From Convolutriloba macropyga (lineage: Eukaryota), in contig NC_134482.1 in NCBI RefSeq assembly GCF_964194025.1, positions 5,642,001 through 5,706,000 of the forward strand: a stretch of DNA of 64,000 nucleotides, read 5' to 3'. The notes beneath the pieces were generated by a model. It saw nothing but the letters and a program-made list of their open reading frames with translations, made no database searches and was not told the origin of the DNA. Numbering within the stretch: position 1 is the stretch's first letter; each line of letters opens with the position of its first letter. The translations under genes were made by a program, and so were the position numbers. This document shows, one piece after another, positions 24,051-38,715 of the stretch.

Positions 24051-25917
24051 GAATCTTTTCGATTTTTAATTGACAATTCTTTTCTCTGCGGTTAGTAATG
24101 AAATATGCAAACTTGAAGGTACTGAAATGTGCAGTTTTGATCTCTATAGCCAAAAGCAACTGTTTTGCCGAAACATATTTTTATGTGTAAATGATATACA
24201 ATGCACAGTGAAAAGCAACCCTCAAATAATGCTCAGCAATTTAAGATATTGCACACAAAACTGACCCTCACTGAAAGCCCCTAATAAGAAATGCCCCTCC
24301 TTGACGCTGGGTGAGTATTGTCTGGTTCGGTGCCTTCCCAGCAGTACGCCCTCGTAGAGTTTTTCGTTTTTTTTCCGAATATTATTTGGCTCTAGACTAC
24401 TCATTGATTGATGAACTTATTAAATATATCAACTGCAGCAAGGAACAACTAGAAGATTTCTCAGTCCAATAGTGCCCAATTGAATTTTACGTGAAAAATC
24501 CCGAACTTACGAGTCCCGTCTGCTACAAGCTTCGAAGGGTGAATGCCGATAGGATTCAACACACTAAAAACATCAGTACAAATGGTTTTTTTAATAGCAG
24601 CCTCTTAATTTAAAAAATCTTAGTGTTCCTAAACTTCAAAATTTTTTGCCCCCGACGCATGAATACGACTCACGTCCCATTATTTTCCTCAAAAAGCACA
24701 TACCAAAGTTTAGTATCATTCATCCGTTGTAACGACAATTTTTAAGGCAACAAACTTCCTTTACAAGAACTAATCGACGTTTCAAAAGAACTCGACAACC
24801 TTGCAACCAAATGAATTTTAGTAGAATTTTTTGTCAGTGGGATAACACACGAAGCAAGTCTAATCAGATTTCCAGTTCTACAAACAACTGGATTCAACGG
24901 TTGAGTCGAATTGCGAAGTGGCGATACTGTAGAAAATAGCACGAAATCCATAGCAAAATGCACCAAATTGGTTCACATGAAGGAGCACGGCTTCAGCGTA
25001 TTAAACACAAATTAATACCAATTTTTCTCCATCAAAAAAGACAGCGCCGACCCATAGAACATAAAGTGTTCATTATTGCGCAACTGCACAAGCTTCAGGC
25101 AATGACCCATGAGTGCCTATTTGGTTCTAGCGGCGACCTGTCTGAAAATCCCAATAATGTAGTTTATCATTTTGATATGATTAGTGTTCGAGAGTGTGCC
25201 TTTGGGTTCTACAGTTCAACACTTTTTTAAATCTAATTTCAAATGTAAAATTACGAATTAAATGGTCAGCACGTTGTCTGAAGAACCAAGAAACCGCAAC
25301 CAAAATGCTCAGCAATAAATGCGAAACATAAGCTTTTAAACAAAAACTCAGCCGTCTTTAGATGCATATCTTGTGAAAAGGACATGCACATGACAAGTGA
25401 ATGGATCCAAATGAGCAAAGTGGTCATAGCTGCAACGAATGAAGTAAATAATAACTTCCTTTTCTCTGCAATCATTGCCGTTTGTCAAAAAAAATAGATA
25501 TGGCTAATAATGCAGTTAATCATCATCAAAGAAAAAAACAAGCCTGAACAGCCAAGAAGTTTGAGTACTGATCGAAACTATTGAAAAAAGATCGACGAAA
25601 ATGGCGGTGGAAATGGGAAGATCAAATGCGCATCCATTCAAAAATAACAAGCGATTACCTGATGACAACAATGTGAGAGTCAGAATAGTCAAAGTAAAAA
25701 ATGAGACCCGAGGAAAAGAAGGGAGTCAGACAGATCGGAAGTAAACTCACTGACAACGCTCTGATTAATGACTGTCGGAGAATTGATACTTATAAAAACA
25801 AATCTTGACCAATCCTAATAAAACTAATCATCAGCTCGGAGAAACGGTTTTCGTTATTTTATCAAGTTTTTTCGAACTATCAAAAAAAGTGTACATAAGG
25901 GAATAAAACACCACAAG

Positions 25918-27068
25918 TGTTGCGGTCAAAACTAATATTTTAAATTTTTTATATCAAATTATTAGATCTTTTTATGATGAGTATATAGCTATGCCCTCTA
26001 CCAGCAATTCTCATCTATTAGGGCGACGGAATTGGGTCAAGTTCGATCAATGTTGCATTTTTTTATTAGAAATAATGTAAAAACATACTAAAATGTTGGA
26101 AAAAATAATATTTAACCGTGGTGCAAGACCTTCAAGGTCACTGGTGTATATTTCTCATATGTACTATCATTCCCCTATGCGTTGCTTTCATTTTCAACAG
26201 TTTTAATCTCAAGGTCACAACTTTTGTTTCCGATAGTCGGGTGACCTTGAAAAATTGCTGTACTTTTGAAGTGCTCCAGCTCCTAGGGACTTGAATTTAG
26301 GACCCTGAAAGGGGGGGGGGGTTGGGCATACTTTTCACTTGATACTCTAACCGTTGGTGCTAGTCTCGATGCTCATTTCGTTCATCGACTTTGCAACTTT
26401 ACCCTGAACGGCAGATTTTCTCTTTTTCAAATTCCATCTAGTTTTTGCCATATAATTATATGATCAATTAGTTGCGTTGTGTCAATACGCTTTCTAAATG
26501 ACAAAGCCAAAATTATGACAGCTTTTGATATGTGACCGAATTCATTTCTTCCATTTCAGTTATGAACAAACTTTATGTAATATTTGAATAATACATTAAG
26601 TTTTCCTGTTTTAAAGATTGTTTAGATGTCAAATGTTGTGTCAGAAATGTTTTATGTTAGTTTTTGATGAACCTTCAATTATCACGCCATTTTGCTATGT
26701 TTAACGTTTCAACTTCTCTACATAATCATTGTCTTAAATTGGTTAATTTCAAATTTACTTAATAATTTGCTATGTAAACAGATTAAATTCCTGAACAGAA
26801 TACTCCCTTTAACTGTAAATGTCAGTTATGCAATGTTTTATTACCACTCGTAAATGTCATCTGGTGAACATATTTCTAACAGAACAAGCATTAGTGTAAT
26901 TGGAGTCAAGTTGTATGACTTTTGGGTTACGATATTCAAGTTATTTTCCTACATTTTGGCAGAAAATCCTAAGGAGATTACAGTCAAGAAAAGTTTCCAA
27001 AGCTTTAACTGAACCAGAACGTGCGTAAAGATATTTTTAGTTTTTCAGTAATAATATCAGCCGTAACA
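25918..27068 (+). repeat. BEL/Pao 5' LTR
   Basis: TGTTGCG...CCGTAACA; matches 32729-33853 with scattered substitutions and indels. Confidence 0.95.
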
Positions 27069-27131
27069 TTAATGGTCCATGTTCTCCCCGGACATTTAAA
27101 TGGATAATATTTGTTGTTATTTATTATCAAA

Positions 27132-28993
27132 ATGTTCAAGAAGTCGACAAAATCTCAGAAGGTTGACAAGAAGTCGATGCCTTCTTCATCAGAACAACAA
27201 GCATCTTCCCAGCAAAAAACATCCTTCCATTCAGCCGTGGCCGACAAGAGCACTCTTTGGACTTGGTTAATTTGAATCAGAAGTATGACCTACTCAGAAG
27301 AAAAAGAGAAGAATTCATACGATTGTTGAAAGGAAACTATGGTCTTGCTCGAGTTAGATCTGAAGTTGACGCATACTTCGAAGAAGAAGACAAGTTACTC
27401 AATCAGCTGAGTAAAGTAGGGGTCAAACACGGTGGGACTGGTTGCTCTGAGGTAACAGAGAAATGTAATGACTACAGAAGTCGTCTAACGGATCACAAAT
27501 GCTACATTTTGAATCTTTTCCATCTAAAAGCAGCAGCATCAGAAAACAGAATGTTTCCATTTGGAGAAGTTTCAGTCTCCACATTCAGCACCTTGCCAGA
27601 AGATTCTCCAAATGCAGCAGTTCTAACGGACAGTACTCCTCAGGACAATGGCGTAAACCTTGTGAGCAGTGGCTCACAGAAAGAGAAAAGCGACAGTCCG
27701 ACTCAAAACACAAGTCAAGTGGGTAAATCTGGTATCTTCTCATCGGAGAACAAGCTTGCAAGAATGGATGAGAAGAGGTTGCTAAAGCTCCAGAAAGTTG
27801 AAGAAAGACAGGAGAAGGCCAAAAAGAAGGCCAACATTGAGTCCAAAAAGCTTCAAATGGAGTTTGAAAGAAAGCAGAGAGAGCACGAAGAACAGATGAG
27901 ACAAGTTGAGGAAAAACTTCAACTTCGCTTGATGGAAGCCGAATTAGGAAGGTCTTCTGGAGAGACTTCTGACAAATCTAAACAATCAAGTGAAACAGAG
28001 TCTGATGACAAACTTTCCCCGAAAGAACATCACGAGGAATACGATGAGTACGCAGAAAACCTCAAAGTTCAACTGCCTGAAGTGGAGCGTCCATCAAGTT
28101 TTTTTTTAAAGACAGATAGTTATTCGAGTCGTTTAGCAAAGTATCGACAGCAGTACAGTTCAGGAGAAGATATCGAAAATCCATTTGAGCAGCAAACAAG
28201 AATTCAAAGTACACCACTGGGAAGCAGAGATAGACGATTTTCACCGGATAGATACGCCTATTCAAATTCATTCTTGTCTCCATGGGACAACGGTAATGAT
28301 ATATTTTTAACACCAACCAACAATAGTAACAGAAGTCTGCCAAAATTAAAACTGCGCGAATTTGATGGTAATCCATTGGATTGGCCTGAATGGAGTGGAA
28401 TGTTTCTGTCTACAATACACAGCAGCAGTATTAGTCGAGTCGAGAAAATGAGCCATTTGAAGACACTGCTTGTTGAAAAAGCAAAACGAGCTGTCAATGG
28501 GATGGGTTACTCTGGAACAAGGTACGATCAGGCTTGGAACACACCGCAAAGAAAGTTTGGCCCGCCTCATCACATTGTCTCCTCACAACTTGCCAAAATT
28601 CAGAACTTCCCACAGGTTAGATTTAGCGACCTATCATCCTTGATAGAGTTTGCTGATACGGTATCAACGTTTGTGAACATTCTACAGCAATTTGGGTACT
28701 CGAACGACTTGTTTGCTTCTAGTAATCTTGATATTGCGGTCAGTAAGTTGCCGTTAGATAAAAAGCGTCGATGGTTTGCCTTTATAGAGGCCCCAAACAA
28801 AGCAAGACGAATACCAAACCCGGTCAAGTTTAATAATTGGTTGCAAGAAGAAGCGCAAGTACATGAGCGATTAGTTCATTGTGCGCCTACATCGTCAAAA
28901 TTCGAAACACAAACGATAAAGTTCGGTAAGAAACCTGATTTCAAGAAAGGTCCAAAGCCCAGCGAGTCAGCCTTCAGTTCAAAAGAGGTTTAA
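27132..28993 (+). pseudogene. gag: BEL/Pao gag (coiled coil plus DUF1759-type domain); zinc knuckles apparently deleted
   Basis: LPKLKLREFDGNPLDWPEWSGMF...KMSHLKTLL; probable original ATG at 27132 is frameshifted relative to ORF 27257..28993. Confidence 0.85.
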
Positions 28994-31900
28994 TGCAAAT
29001 AGCACGTGCCAGAATCTTCGGAGATGATGGACAATTCGAAGATACTCTTGCTGTTTGTGACACGGGGTCCACTCAGACGTGGATGGATGAAGACTTCTTA
29101 GAAAAGCTTGAATTACGTGGAGAACCAGTCTCGTTAAATGTTACTGGAATTCACGGCACACAAATTACAACATGCAGAGCAGTTCAGGCTACAAATGGGC
29201 CGACTAACTGTATGCAGGACAAAGGCAAGCTACTCACAATTCACAGTCAAAAGAACTTGGAAATTGGAACAAGCAGTTACAATGTCCAGGAGATGAAAGA
29301 AAAGTATCCCTACTTGAAGTGTGTGGGTTTCACGCAGATCGATTTGAAGAAATTTGCAATCTTTCTAGGCCAGAATGCTTATGAACTGATTCGACCCGTC
29401 GAATACAAATATGGCGGTGAGAACAAACCGTGGGCTATTAAGTTACCACTTGGATGGACAGTCACTGGTCCAGTTCCAATTAATCAGCTAAAACTCAGCG
29501 CAGCGTGTCATGTAGCCAACGATGACGACATGAAACTAGCTGAAGTTGTCAGGAAGTGGTGGGATATGGAGTCCTACGGAACATTTACAGTTGCCGACAA
29601 GAGAATAAAAGAAGACAAACTAGCCAGCGAGATTCTAAATTTAACGATCAAGTTCAACGGCGAACGATATGAAGTTGGTTTATTATGGAACGGTGAACAA
29701 GCAGCTTTATCCAACAACTTTTCATCTGCATTGGGACAACTTCGAGGGTTGCAGCGTCGATTACAGACAAACGAATTACTTAAAGTGAAATATACAGAAA
29801 CAATTAACTCGGATCTTAGTAAAGGATATATCTCAATTCTTTCTAGCAGCGACTTGGCAGCAACAATCAATCAACAAGTCTGGTATGTACCACATCACCC
29901 AGTTTTTAATCCTCACAAACCCGACAAAGTGAGAAGAGTAGGTAACGCAGCCAGCAAATTTCGCGGGACAAGTTTCAACGACATGCTTCTAGCAGGTCCG
30001 GATTTGCTAGCCAGTCTGATGGGAATCTTGGCACGATTCCGAGAGAACCGATATGCTCTGAGTGCTGACATTGAAGAAATGTTCCTAAGAAGAAATGTGC
30101 TGACGCTAAATCGTCTCCACATTGAAGAAATGTGCTGACGCTAAATCGTCTCCAACTTGTGCAGACTTTGCGCTACAAAGATGTGCAGCGGACAATGCTG
30201 AAAATTCAGATCGAGATAGTTACATAGCATGCCATAACTTCTATATGGATGATCTACTTGTCTCGCTGCAGAGTCGGGAAGAAGCTGCTGACGTCAAAGC
30301 AGAAATAATTGCTCCTTTAGCAAAAGATGGTTTCAAATTAAAGTGGTCTACTAATTTTGATGAAGATGAAGTACATGACAAGGCCCTGACGATTCTTGGA
30401 TTAGAATGAAACAACAAAACCGACACGCTGAGGAGTATGCAGAGGTATACGGTTTAAGCCTGAAAACTATTGGACCCAGCGAAAAGTGCTATCAATTGTA
30501 TCTAGCGTTTTTGATCCTTTGGGATTTCTAGCTCCATTTGTTATCCGTGGAAGAATAATCCTGAAAGGCATGTGGCAGGACAACAATGGGACTCAGTAAT
30601 CGACAAGAACCTCGGTGATCAATTCACGGATTGGGTCGGAGAATTGAATGCCGGTGAAGTGTTTGAAGTCAGCAGATGGTATGAAACGTCGAGCGAAAAC
30701 ATTCGAAATGAGTTGCACGTTTTCGGTGATGCTTCAGAGGACGCATTTTGTGCGGTAGCATATCTTGTAACAGAAAACAATCAATCAGAGCGTAAAGTTG
30801 CCTTTATCATAGGAAAAGCCAGAGTTGCACCTGTAAAGCATCATACAATTCCAAAACTTGATCTCATGGCAGCATTAACCGGGAATCGACTGAAAGACAC
30901 AATCATGAAGGAACACTCAATTCATTTCCATAAAGTTTTTATGTGGTCTGATTCTACAACAACTATACAGTGGATAAGATCAAGCAACGAAAAACAGCCT
31001 ACTTTTGTTGCAAACAGAGTAGCAGAAATACTCGACACTTCAACTGTGGACGAATGGCACCACGTGGAATGTGCTAAGAATCCAGCCGACCTTGGAACAA
31101 GAGGTCTCAGCTTCGATGACATAGCCAACAGTAATTGGATCAAGGGTCCAGATTGGCTGCTACAAGCGATCTTGTTAAACGAAGATAATCAGCATCCAGT
31201 AGAGCAGGATATGAATGTTCAAGTTTACTTGGCAAACGAAGTAATTGGTGTAGTCGATTAGAAACGATACAGCCTATACAACCGACTGAGGCGAACAATT
31301 GCTTGGATTTTATCGCTTGCCAGAAAGAACTCTGGAGTGCATTCACAACTAGAAGAAACTGCACAATTGATTTGGAAATTAGTTCAGCTGGAAGTCTATT
31401 CTAAAGAAATTGATGACTTGAAATCCAAGAAAACAGTTTCTTCAAACAGCAAAATTTCCTTATCTCCATTCATTGATTCTAACGCTGTCCTGAGAGCAAA
31501 AGGACGACTGAGGAGAACTAATTTAACATTCGTGACAAAACGCCCAGTTATTTTGCCTAGCAAACATAGAGCAGTCGAATTGTTTCTGAGCTATCAGCAC
31601 AAAATTTTTCATCACAAAGGGGTGGAGTATATTCGGAACGAAGTACAGATGGAATTTTGGGTATTTGGATTAAGAAGCGCGCTGAGAGCAGTGAAACAAA
31701 ATTGTGCAACATGTCGACTGTTTACTAACGGTAAAACTCCACAGATGGGTGATTTACCGACAGACCGAGTGACGAAGAGAGTCCGACCATTCACAAATAC
31801 CGGTGTCCATTATTTCCGACCGTTTGAAGTAGAGATGTTCAGACGTACAATGAAGAAATGGGTGTGTCTATTTACCCGCTTGAGTGTTAGAGCTGTTCAT

Positions 31901-32689
31901 TTGGAACTGGTTGACAGCTTGGACACTGAAGCTTGCATTGGCGCTGTTCATAGGTTCATTGCAAGAAGAGGTCAACCTCAGTCAATAATCTCTGACAATG
32001 GAACAAATTTTGTCGGAGCGGCTAGAGAGTTCAAGGAAGCCTTCCAGAAGCTCAAGAAAGACAAAATAGCAAGTAGACTGGCAGAAGAGAGCATCAAGTG
32101 GACCTTCAACCCACCTGCAGCTCCTCACTTTGGAGGTGTACTGGAACGTCTTGTGAAATCTTGCAGGAAAGCTTTGTGTAATGGTCTCGGCAAACAGAGC
32201 TTAACTGAAGACAGAACTCGCGCAGTACTCTGTGTAGTTGAGCAGTTAATGAACAACCGACCACTTACGGATGTTAGTGGAGATGTCACCGATTTACAGC
32301 CACTGACACCAAACCACTTTCTGATAGGTCAAATTAGCATTAATTGGCCAAATGCGTTGTTTTCTGGAACTACTGCGAGTTACAGAAAGCTGATAAGAGA
32401 TCAACATAGCATCCTGGTTGCCGTATGGAACCGTTGGATGTCTGAGTATTTGCCAAGCCTACAGCAGAGAACGAAATGGGCCAAGGAAGAACTTATCGAG
32501 CCAAAATCTGGTGACATGGTTTGGATTGTCGATAAGGATGTGCATCCTTTCAACTTCCCGTTAGGAAGAATTCAAGAAGTTTATAAGAGTGACGACCAAA
32601 AAGTCAGATCAGCGATAGTACCAACTGCAACGGGTAGCTACAAAAGACCTATTGTGAAGATGATCCCGGTAAATAGTGACCGCAAGTGA
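28993..32689 (+). pseudogene. pol: BEL/Pao pol (protease, RT, RNase H, integrase), fragmented
   Basis: CDTGSTQTW; YVPHHPVFNPHKPDKVRRV; ADIEEMF; NFYMDD; LHVFGDASEDAFCAVAY; NPADLGTRG; SDNGTNFVGA; PLTPNHFLIG. Confidence 0.93.
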
Positions 32690-32728
32690 TGTTATTTTTG
32701 GATTTGTGACCAAATACTGGGCCGGCTA

Positions 32729-33853
32729 TGTTGCGTTCAAAACTAATATTTTAAATTTTTTATATCAAATTATTAGATCATTTTATGATGAGTATATAGC
32801 TATGCCCTCTAGCGGCAATTCTCAACTATTAGAGCGACGGAATTGGGTCAAGTTCGATCAATGTTGCATTTTTTATTAGAAATAATGTAAAAACATACTA
32901 AAATGTTGGAAAAAATAATATTTAACCTTGGTGCAAGACCTTCAAGGTCACTGGTGTATATTTCCCATATGTACTCTCATTCCCTTATGCGTTGCTTTCA
33001 TTTTCAACAGTTTTCATCTCAAGTTCACAACTTTTGTTTCCGATAGTCGGGTGACCTTGAAAAAGTGCTGTACTTTTGAAGTGCTCCAGCTCCTAGGGAC
33101 TTGAATTTAGGACCCTGAAAGGGGGGGGGGGGGGGGTTGGGCATAATTTTCACTTGATACTCTAACCGTTGGTGCTAGTCTCGATGCTCATTTCGTTCAT
33201 CGACTTTGCAACTTTACCCTGAACGGCAGATTTCCCCTTTTTCAAATTCCATCTAGTTTTTTCCATATAATTATATGATCAATTAGTTGCGTTGTGTCAA
33301 TACGCTTTCTAAATGTCACGAGCAGTGCCAAAATTATGACAGCTTTTGATATGTGAGCGAATTCATTGAATAATACATTACGTTTTCCTGTTTTAAAGAT
33401 TGTTTAGATGTCAAATGTTGTTTCAGAAATGTTTTACGTTAGTTTTTGATGAACCTTCAATTATCACGCCATATTGCTATGTTTAACGTTTCAACTTCTC
33501 TGCATAATCATTGTCTTAAATTGGTTAATTTTATATTAACTTAATAACTTGCTATGTAAACATATTAAATTCCTGAACAGAATACTCCCTTTAACTGTAA
33601 ATGTCAGTGTAAATGTAATGTTTAATTACCACTTGTAAATGTCATCTGGTGAACATATTTCTAACAGAACAAGCATTAGTGTAATTGGAGTCAAATTGTA
33701 TGACTTTTGAGTTACGAAATTCAAATTATTTTCTTAAACATTTGCAGAAAATCCTAAAGAAATTACAGTCAAGAAAAGTTTCTAAAGCTTTAAACGAACC
33801 AGAACGTGCGTAAAGATATTTTCAGTTTTTCACTACTAATATCAGCCGTAACA
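32729..33853 (+). repeat. BEL/Pao 3' LTR
   Basis: TGTTGCG...CCGTAACA followed by the TSD. Confidence 0.95.
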
Positions 33854-35779
33854 ACAGGAAAACCAATTAATCAAAATTTACTAAAAATGAGACTTGAATT
33901 GCTCCAAGCGGACAACATAAGCAGGAATGAAATCGAATTCAAAACGTTTAGGCTCTTCTGAAATTCAAAAACGGACCGTGTTCACGACTGAGAGCACACA
34001 TTAAAAGGCATGAACAACGTTATATCAGAGATTTTACTTCTAAGCTCCAAAGTATTTTAGAATTCTCGCGAAGATTCTCCGTGGCAGAATCCGTCCCTCT
34101 CAAAACTAACAGAAGCGTGATTTACATATAGAGTCGAACATGAAGCTCTACTTCTAAAAGATTATAAAAAAATTTTCAGCAAGAGAAAATCTTGACGATT
34201 TGTGTCTCAATTACTGTTAAAAACTCATGGCACAGGCCCTAAAAATTAGACATTATTGTAACTAACATATACTCAAAAATCAATACAACTGTTAATGATT
34301 ATGTTTATAAACCACCAAAAATCAGCCCTTACAGATGGAATCTTGAAACATTCTATCACTCGCTGAATTAGCATCAGGTTGATTTAAATCGCTGGAAAAC
34401 AACGTAATTGGTTTTAGCGTTTTTATTGGTTTCATGTAATGAGCACTGACTGGAAAGCATTATACCTTGGAGATAACAACAAAAACTTTTGCCCAAATCT
34501 TCTAACTGAACAGAATTTCGAACAACTGTTTGATTGCAGAGTGCAAATTGGTAACACCAAACAAAAACCGTCTTTCTGCTTAGGTAACCCCAGCCCTGGA
34601 TAAAGTCTGCCGTTTACAAGAAAGTTAAGCAATCAATACAAATATGGCTCAGAACACTCTCCATTTCAGGCAAACTTTTCTCGCTGTCGATAGAGTGTAA
34701 ACCAATGAGCCGACAAAATTTGCACTTAATAAACTCAATTGGCAAAATTACAATCAGATAGTGGTCAAAACACAGTTTCTACCATATGGATACAGTAATG
34801 TTGACGAGCTTTTAAGTCAGTGGTTTCAATGATTTTACCAAATTCTGAAGAAAAATGTAAAAGCAGAGAACAAACTTGCCGCCCTGGATAACGAAGGAAA
34901 CATAAAGCTTCATTAGAAAATTAGACACAATAGAACGGAAAAAGAGAAAAAGAATATCAAGCGACTTATGCCAATATCATTAAATTTCAAAATAAATGAA
35001 ATCTATAGCTTTAATGACCACTAACTGACCAAAATTTAGCAGTTGTCTACATAGGTTTACACCACGATAAGTCTTTTGTTAATTTATCACTTAGCTTACA
35101 ACGAAATAGCATCACGAATTATTAGACAGCATCGCTAAACCTGGTACTAATAGAAAAAACGAGTCGAAATCAATAAAGTTTTTTCTAGTGTTTGAATGTA
35201 ACCAGCGGAGTCTGGCAAGGGTAACTAATGGGGCCACTACTTTTTTGCTTATGAGAACGATCTACCAGAATTAATGGATCATATTTTAACATATTGTTGC
35301 GCCGACTACTATGAATTGAACATTTACAATTACAGTTTTCTCAAAAATTATTTAAATAAATTGAGTAATCGGTGCCGACAAAACCAGAAGTTTCTCTACG
35401 AATACAGACGTAGGCTTGTTTATCTCAAGAAAAAAGAGGCTATTGTAAACCCTTAAAAAATCCAAAAAACTTTGATGCGATAGTCACAAAAACCTCACCT
35501 GAAGAGCAAATGCACGTAGACGTTTCTTCAAGGCAATTGGAGCACTCTGGTATTGACAAAAAAATAAAGCAACTAATACTTCTTTTGCTAACAAATAAAC
35601 GCATAAAAAAGGCCATTTTGCACACCATATGTTGCATCATATGTCAGAAAAGTTTGTCAAATAAAATTCGAAGTTAAGGGTCTTCGAAAATTTTGATACA
35701 GACTGGGTTTAAGACTGGGAAGACTGATTAAAATCCATGGAGAAATCTTAAATCTTAGCTTTTACTTTTATTGTTCTAA

Positions 35780-38715
35780 GTATTTCGGAACTCACGCGAA
35801 GATACTCCCTTGCAAAATCTGTCCCAGATAAAACTATTTTGTTTTTGCCTAACAGAAGCTCGGCTTACACTTTCAGTTCCGAACGAAGCTCTTCCTTTAA
35901 GAGGTCATAGAGTCTTTCGGCGAGACAAAATCTTTGGCAACAGGAGTCCAATGCATGGAGGCGTCTCAATTGCTGTCAGTGAAACCTTAAAGTCAAACAG
36001 CTCTTGCCCGTGTCCAAAATCTTAGACCCTATTGTAACTGACATATCCTCAACTATCACGTCAATTTTAATTGCTTGCATTTAAAATCAACCAAAAAAAC
36101 ATCCCCAACCAAAAAAAACAACCTGGACACATTCCATCACCCGCTAAATTAGCTTTCAAGTCGACTAACAATCCGAAAGTAACGCAACAGTCCTGACCAG
36201 TGACTTTAGTTTCATGAGCACTGACTGGAATAAAATATAACCGCAAATGAAATATAAAAAAGTCTTCCTGAAACTCCTAACTGGACATAATTTTGAACAA
36301 CAACTCATCAATTTCAGAGAGCAAATGGGAAACACTGAACAAGTAGTCGTATTTATTTTTAAGGAACCCCAGCTCTGGATAGAGTCCACTAATGACAGAA
36401 AGTTAAGCAGCAATTCAAAATGGCCAATTTTAGGCGCGATACAAAAAATGTGCAGAAACAAATTTTTGTCGATATAATGTTAACCAATAAGGCTAAAAAA
36501 TTGCATTCAATAAGACCGATTGAAAAAAGTAAAATGTTACATTAGTCGAAAAAACCATTTCTACCATGTTGCTAGAAAAATGTAGACAGTCCTCACAGTC
36601 AGTGGTATCAATGTTATTACCAAATTCTTAACTAAAATGCTTCCAAATTTAAAAGGCTAAAACAAACTTGCCCCTGGATAACAAAGTAAACAAATAAATT
36701 TATTAGAAAGTTGGACACAAGACAACGGGAAACAAAAAAGAAAATTTTCCAACAGAAGATCAGACTACATAGGAAACTGAAATGTTCCGCGCAAATAGGT
36801 TGAGTGAAGTTCAGAGGTTTTTAGGAAAAGTGAAGAAAGCGCCACCGAATCCTAGTGAAATGTTTCGGGGGTCAAAACACAGCTTTGGACTGCTCAAACA
36901 AGCTCAGCTTTTCATCTATTTTTTTTTCAGAATGTATCCCAAAAATTCTAATCAACGCCAATATAAACAACCCTAAAAACTATAAAACTATATAATATAT
37001 TATTCTGTTCGGGTGAACATATTAGCTTAGTTTTAGAAAAATTGGACATTATTAAAAGTGAATGTCTTGAAAGAATGAGTTAATTGAGTAAATTGGTCTT
37101 GAAACAGCTATCCAACACGTCCAACATCTCACTGAATTCAAGTTTTAAAACAAGCCTCAATAGAAGCAATTTTCTTGAGCATTGGAAAGTAAGCACTATC
37201 ACACCAGCATGTAAAAATGAGAACAAGACCGCAATCAAAACTACCGGCCAAGAATCTGCCCCTCATATCCATCTAAATCTCTGAAAATGTTACTTTCAAC
37301 GGTCTCGTTTACTTTGTCCCAAAACAAATGCATGATCCACAGATCGGTTTCTGACCAAGCGATCGATATAACCCATTGTTTCTTTAAAAAATCTATAGCT
37401 ACAATGACCACTAACTGACCAAAAAACTAGAAATTGTATACATAGACTTTCAGAGAGCTATAAACATAGTACACCACGATAATCTTATCATTAAATTGTC
37501 AGCACTTGGATTTGGCAAAAAAGTGTTAGAAAACATTAGACTATTGAACAAAAGAAAATGAGCACTCCCGAAATTACAATTTTTATTCTTGTTTCTTGAA
37601 AGTAACATTTGGAATCCCAAAAGATCACTACTTCGGCAACTATTATTTTTTGTTTATATGAATGATCTAACAGTATCAACAGATCACTGTTTTACATATG
37701 GTTACGCCGCCTACTAGAAAATGATCATTAACAGATACAATAAGCTTGAGAATGACTTAAATAATTCAAACAGTTGGTTTCTACAAAATGACAAGTTCGA
37801 TTACGCATACAAACCTAGGCTTCTACATCTCAAGAAAAAGGCGGCTATTGTAAACCGGTAAATAATCCAAAAAATGTTGGTGCGATAGTCAAAGAACACA
37901 TTACTTGAAGGGACAATGCACATTGTCTCTTAAAGGCAATTGAAACACTCTGGTATCTTCTTCAAGGCAATTCAAGTGGTATCTGAAAAAAATAAAGCAA
38001 GTTACACCTCAGTTCCAAATTAACTAAATGCCTACAATTGCCATGTTCTACACCTTGTAACATAAGCGGATGGAGCTGGTATCCCAAAAAGGGCATTTTA
38101 GTCACCATAAAGAGATAACAAAAAACTCTCTGGTAACCCTTGGTAACCCTATCTTTGGTAACCCTATCGGCTACAAAAAATCAATTTTTAGCCCCTCAAA
38201 TTTTATCTCGTGCTTTTTAATTAGAAATGCACAGTCTCCAAATTTGTTGTAATATGAGCGCCGGACATTACGATATAGACGCAAAAAAATATCCTTCTTA
38301 TCATACACAAAACAAACCAAGGAATTAGACATGTCACAAGTGCGCACGTCACAAGTCACGATCATCGTAGCAAAAATTAGTTTTTGTAAAAGCGATGAAA
38401 GGAACTGCTTTGTAAGAACAAAAACCTTATACAGCATTTTCGCCAGAGCAACAGATTTGAAGACTAAGTCAAAAAAGGAACGAATTAATAACGGAAACTT
38501 CATAATTGTTATTGGACGACCCACACTTGTGGACAGATTGCTGCCTCTGTACTATCTGTAACGCATTCCTAGCTCATTTAGCTGACAAAGGAGGTCACTG
38601 AACACCCATGGATGTGTTTAAGAAGTCTTCCCTCTAACTACTACTACTACTATTACTTCTACTGCTGCTACTACTACCACCAACACTACTACTAAAAATT
38701 TACTACTACTTCTGC
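35780..38715 (+). mobile_element. Decayed CR1-like LINE (copy-2 counterpart of 13620-16575)
   Basis: CLTEARL...HRVFRRDK...HGGVSIAV; RT remnants; TAC tail at 38637-38712. Confidence 0.72.

Larger units (their letters stand above)
25918..33853 (+). mobile_element. BEL/Pao LTR retrotransposon with both LTRs, decayed
   Basis: Two ~1.1-kb TG..CA LTRs; 5-bp TSD ACAAG (25913-25917) / ACAGG (33854-33858); empty site ACAAG in copy 1 at ~11038; PBS TGGTCC at 27073; GGGCCGGCTA before the 3' LTR. Confidence 0.97.

Noticed and set aside
26311-26321. Poly-G runs (also 33121, 54419, 59071, 60362) as G-quadruplex signals
   Set aside because: Simple homopolymers whose length differs between copies and is prone to sequencing error; no independent support
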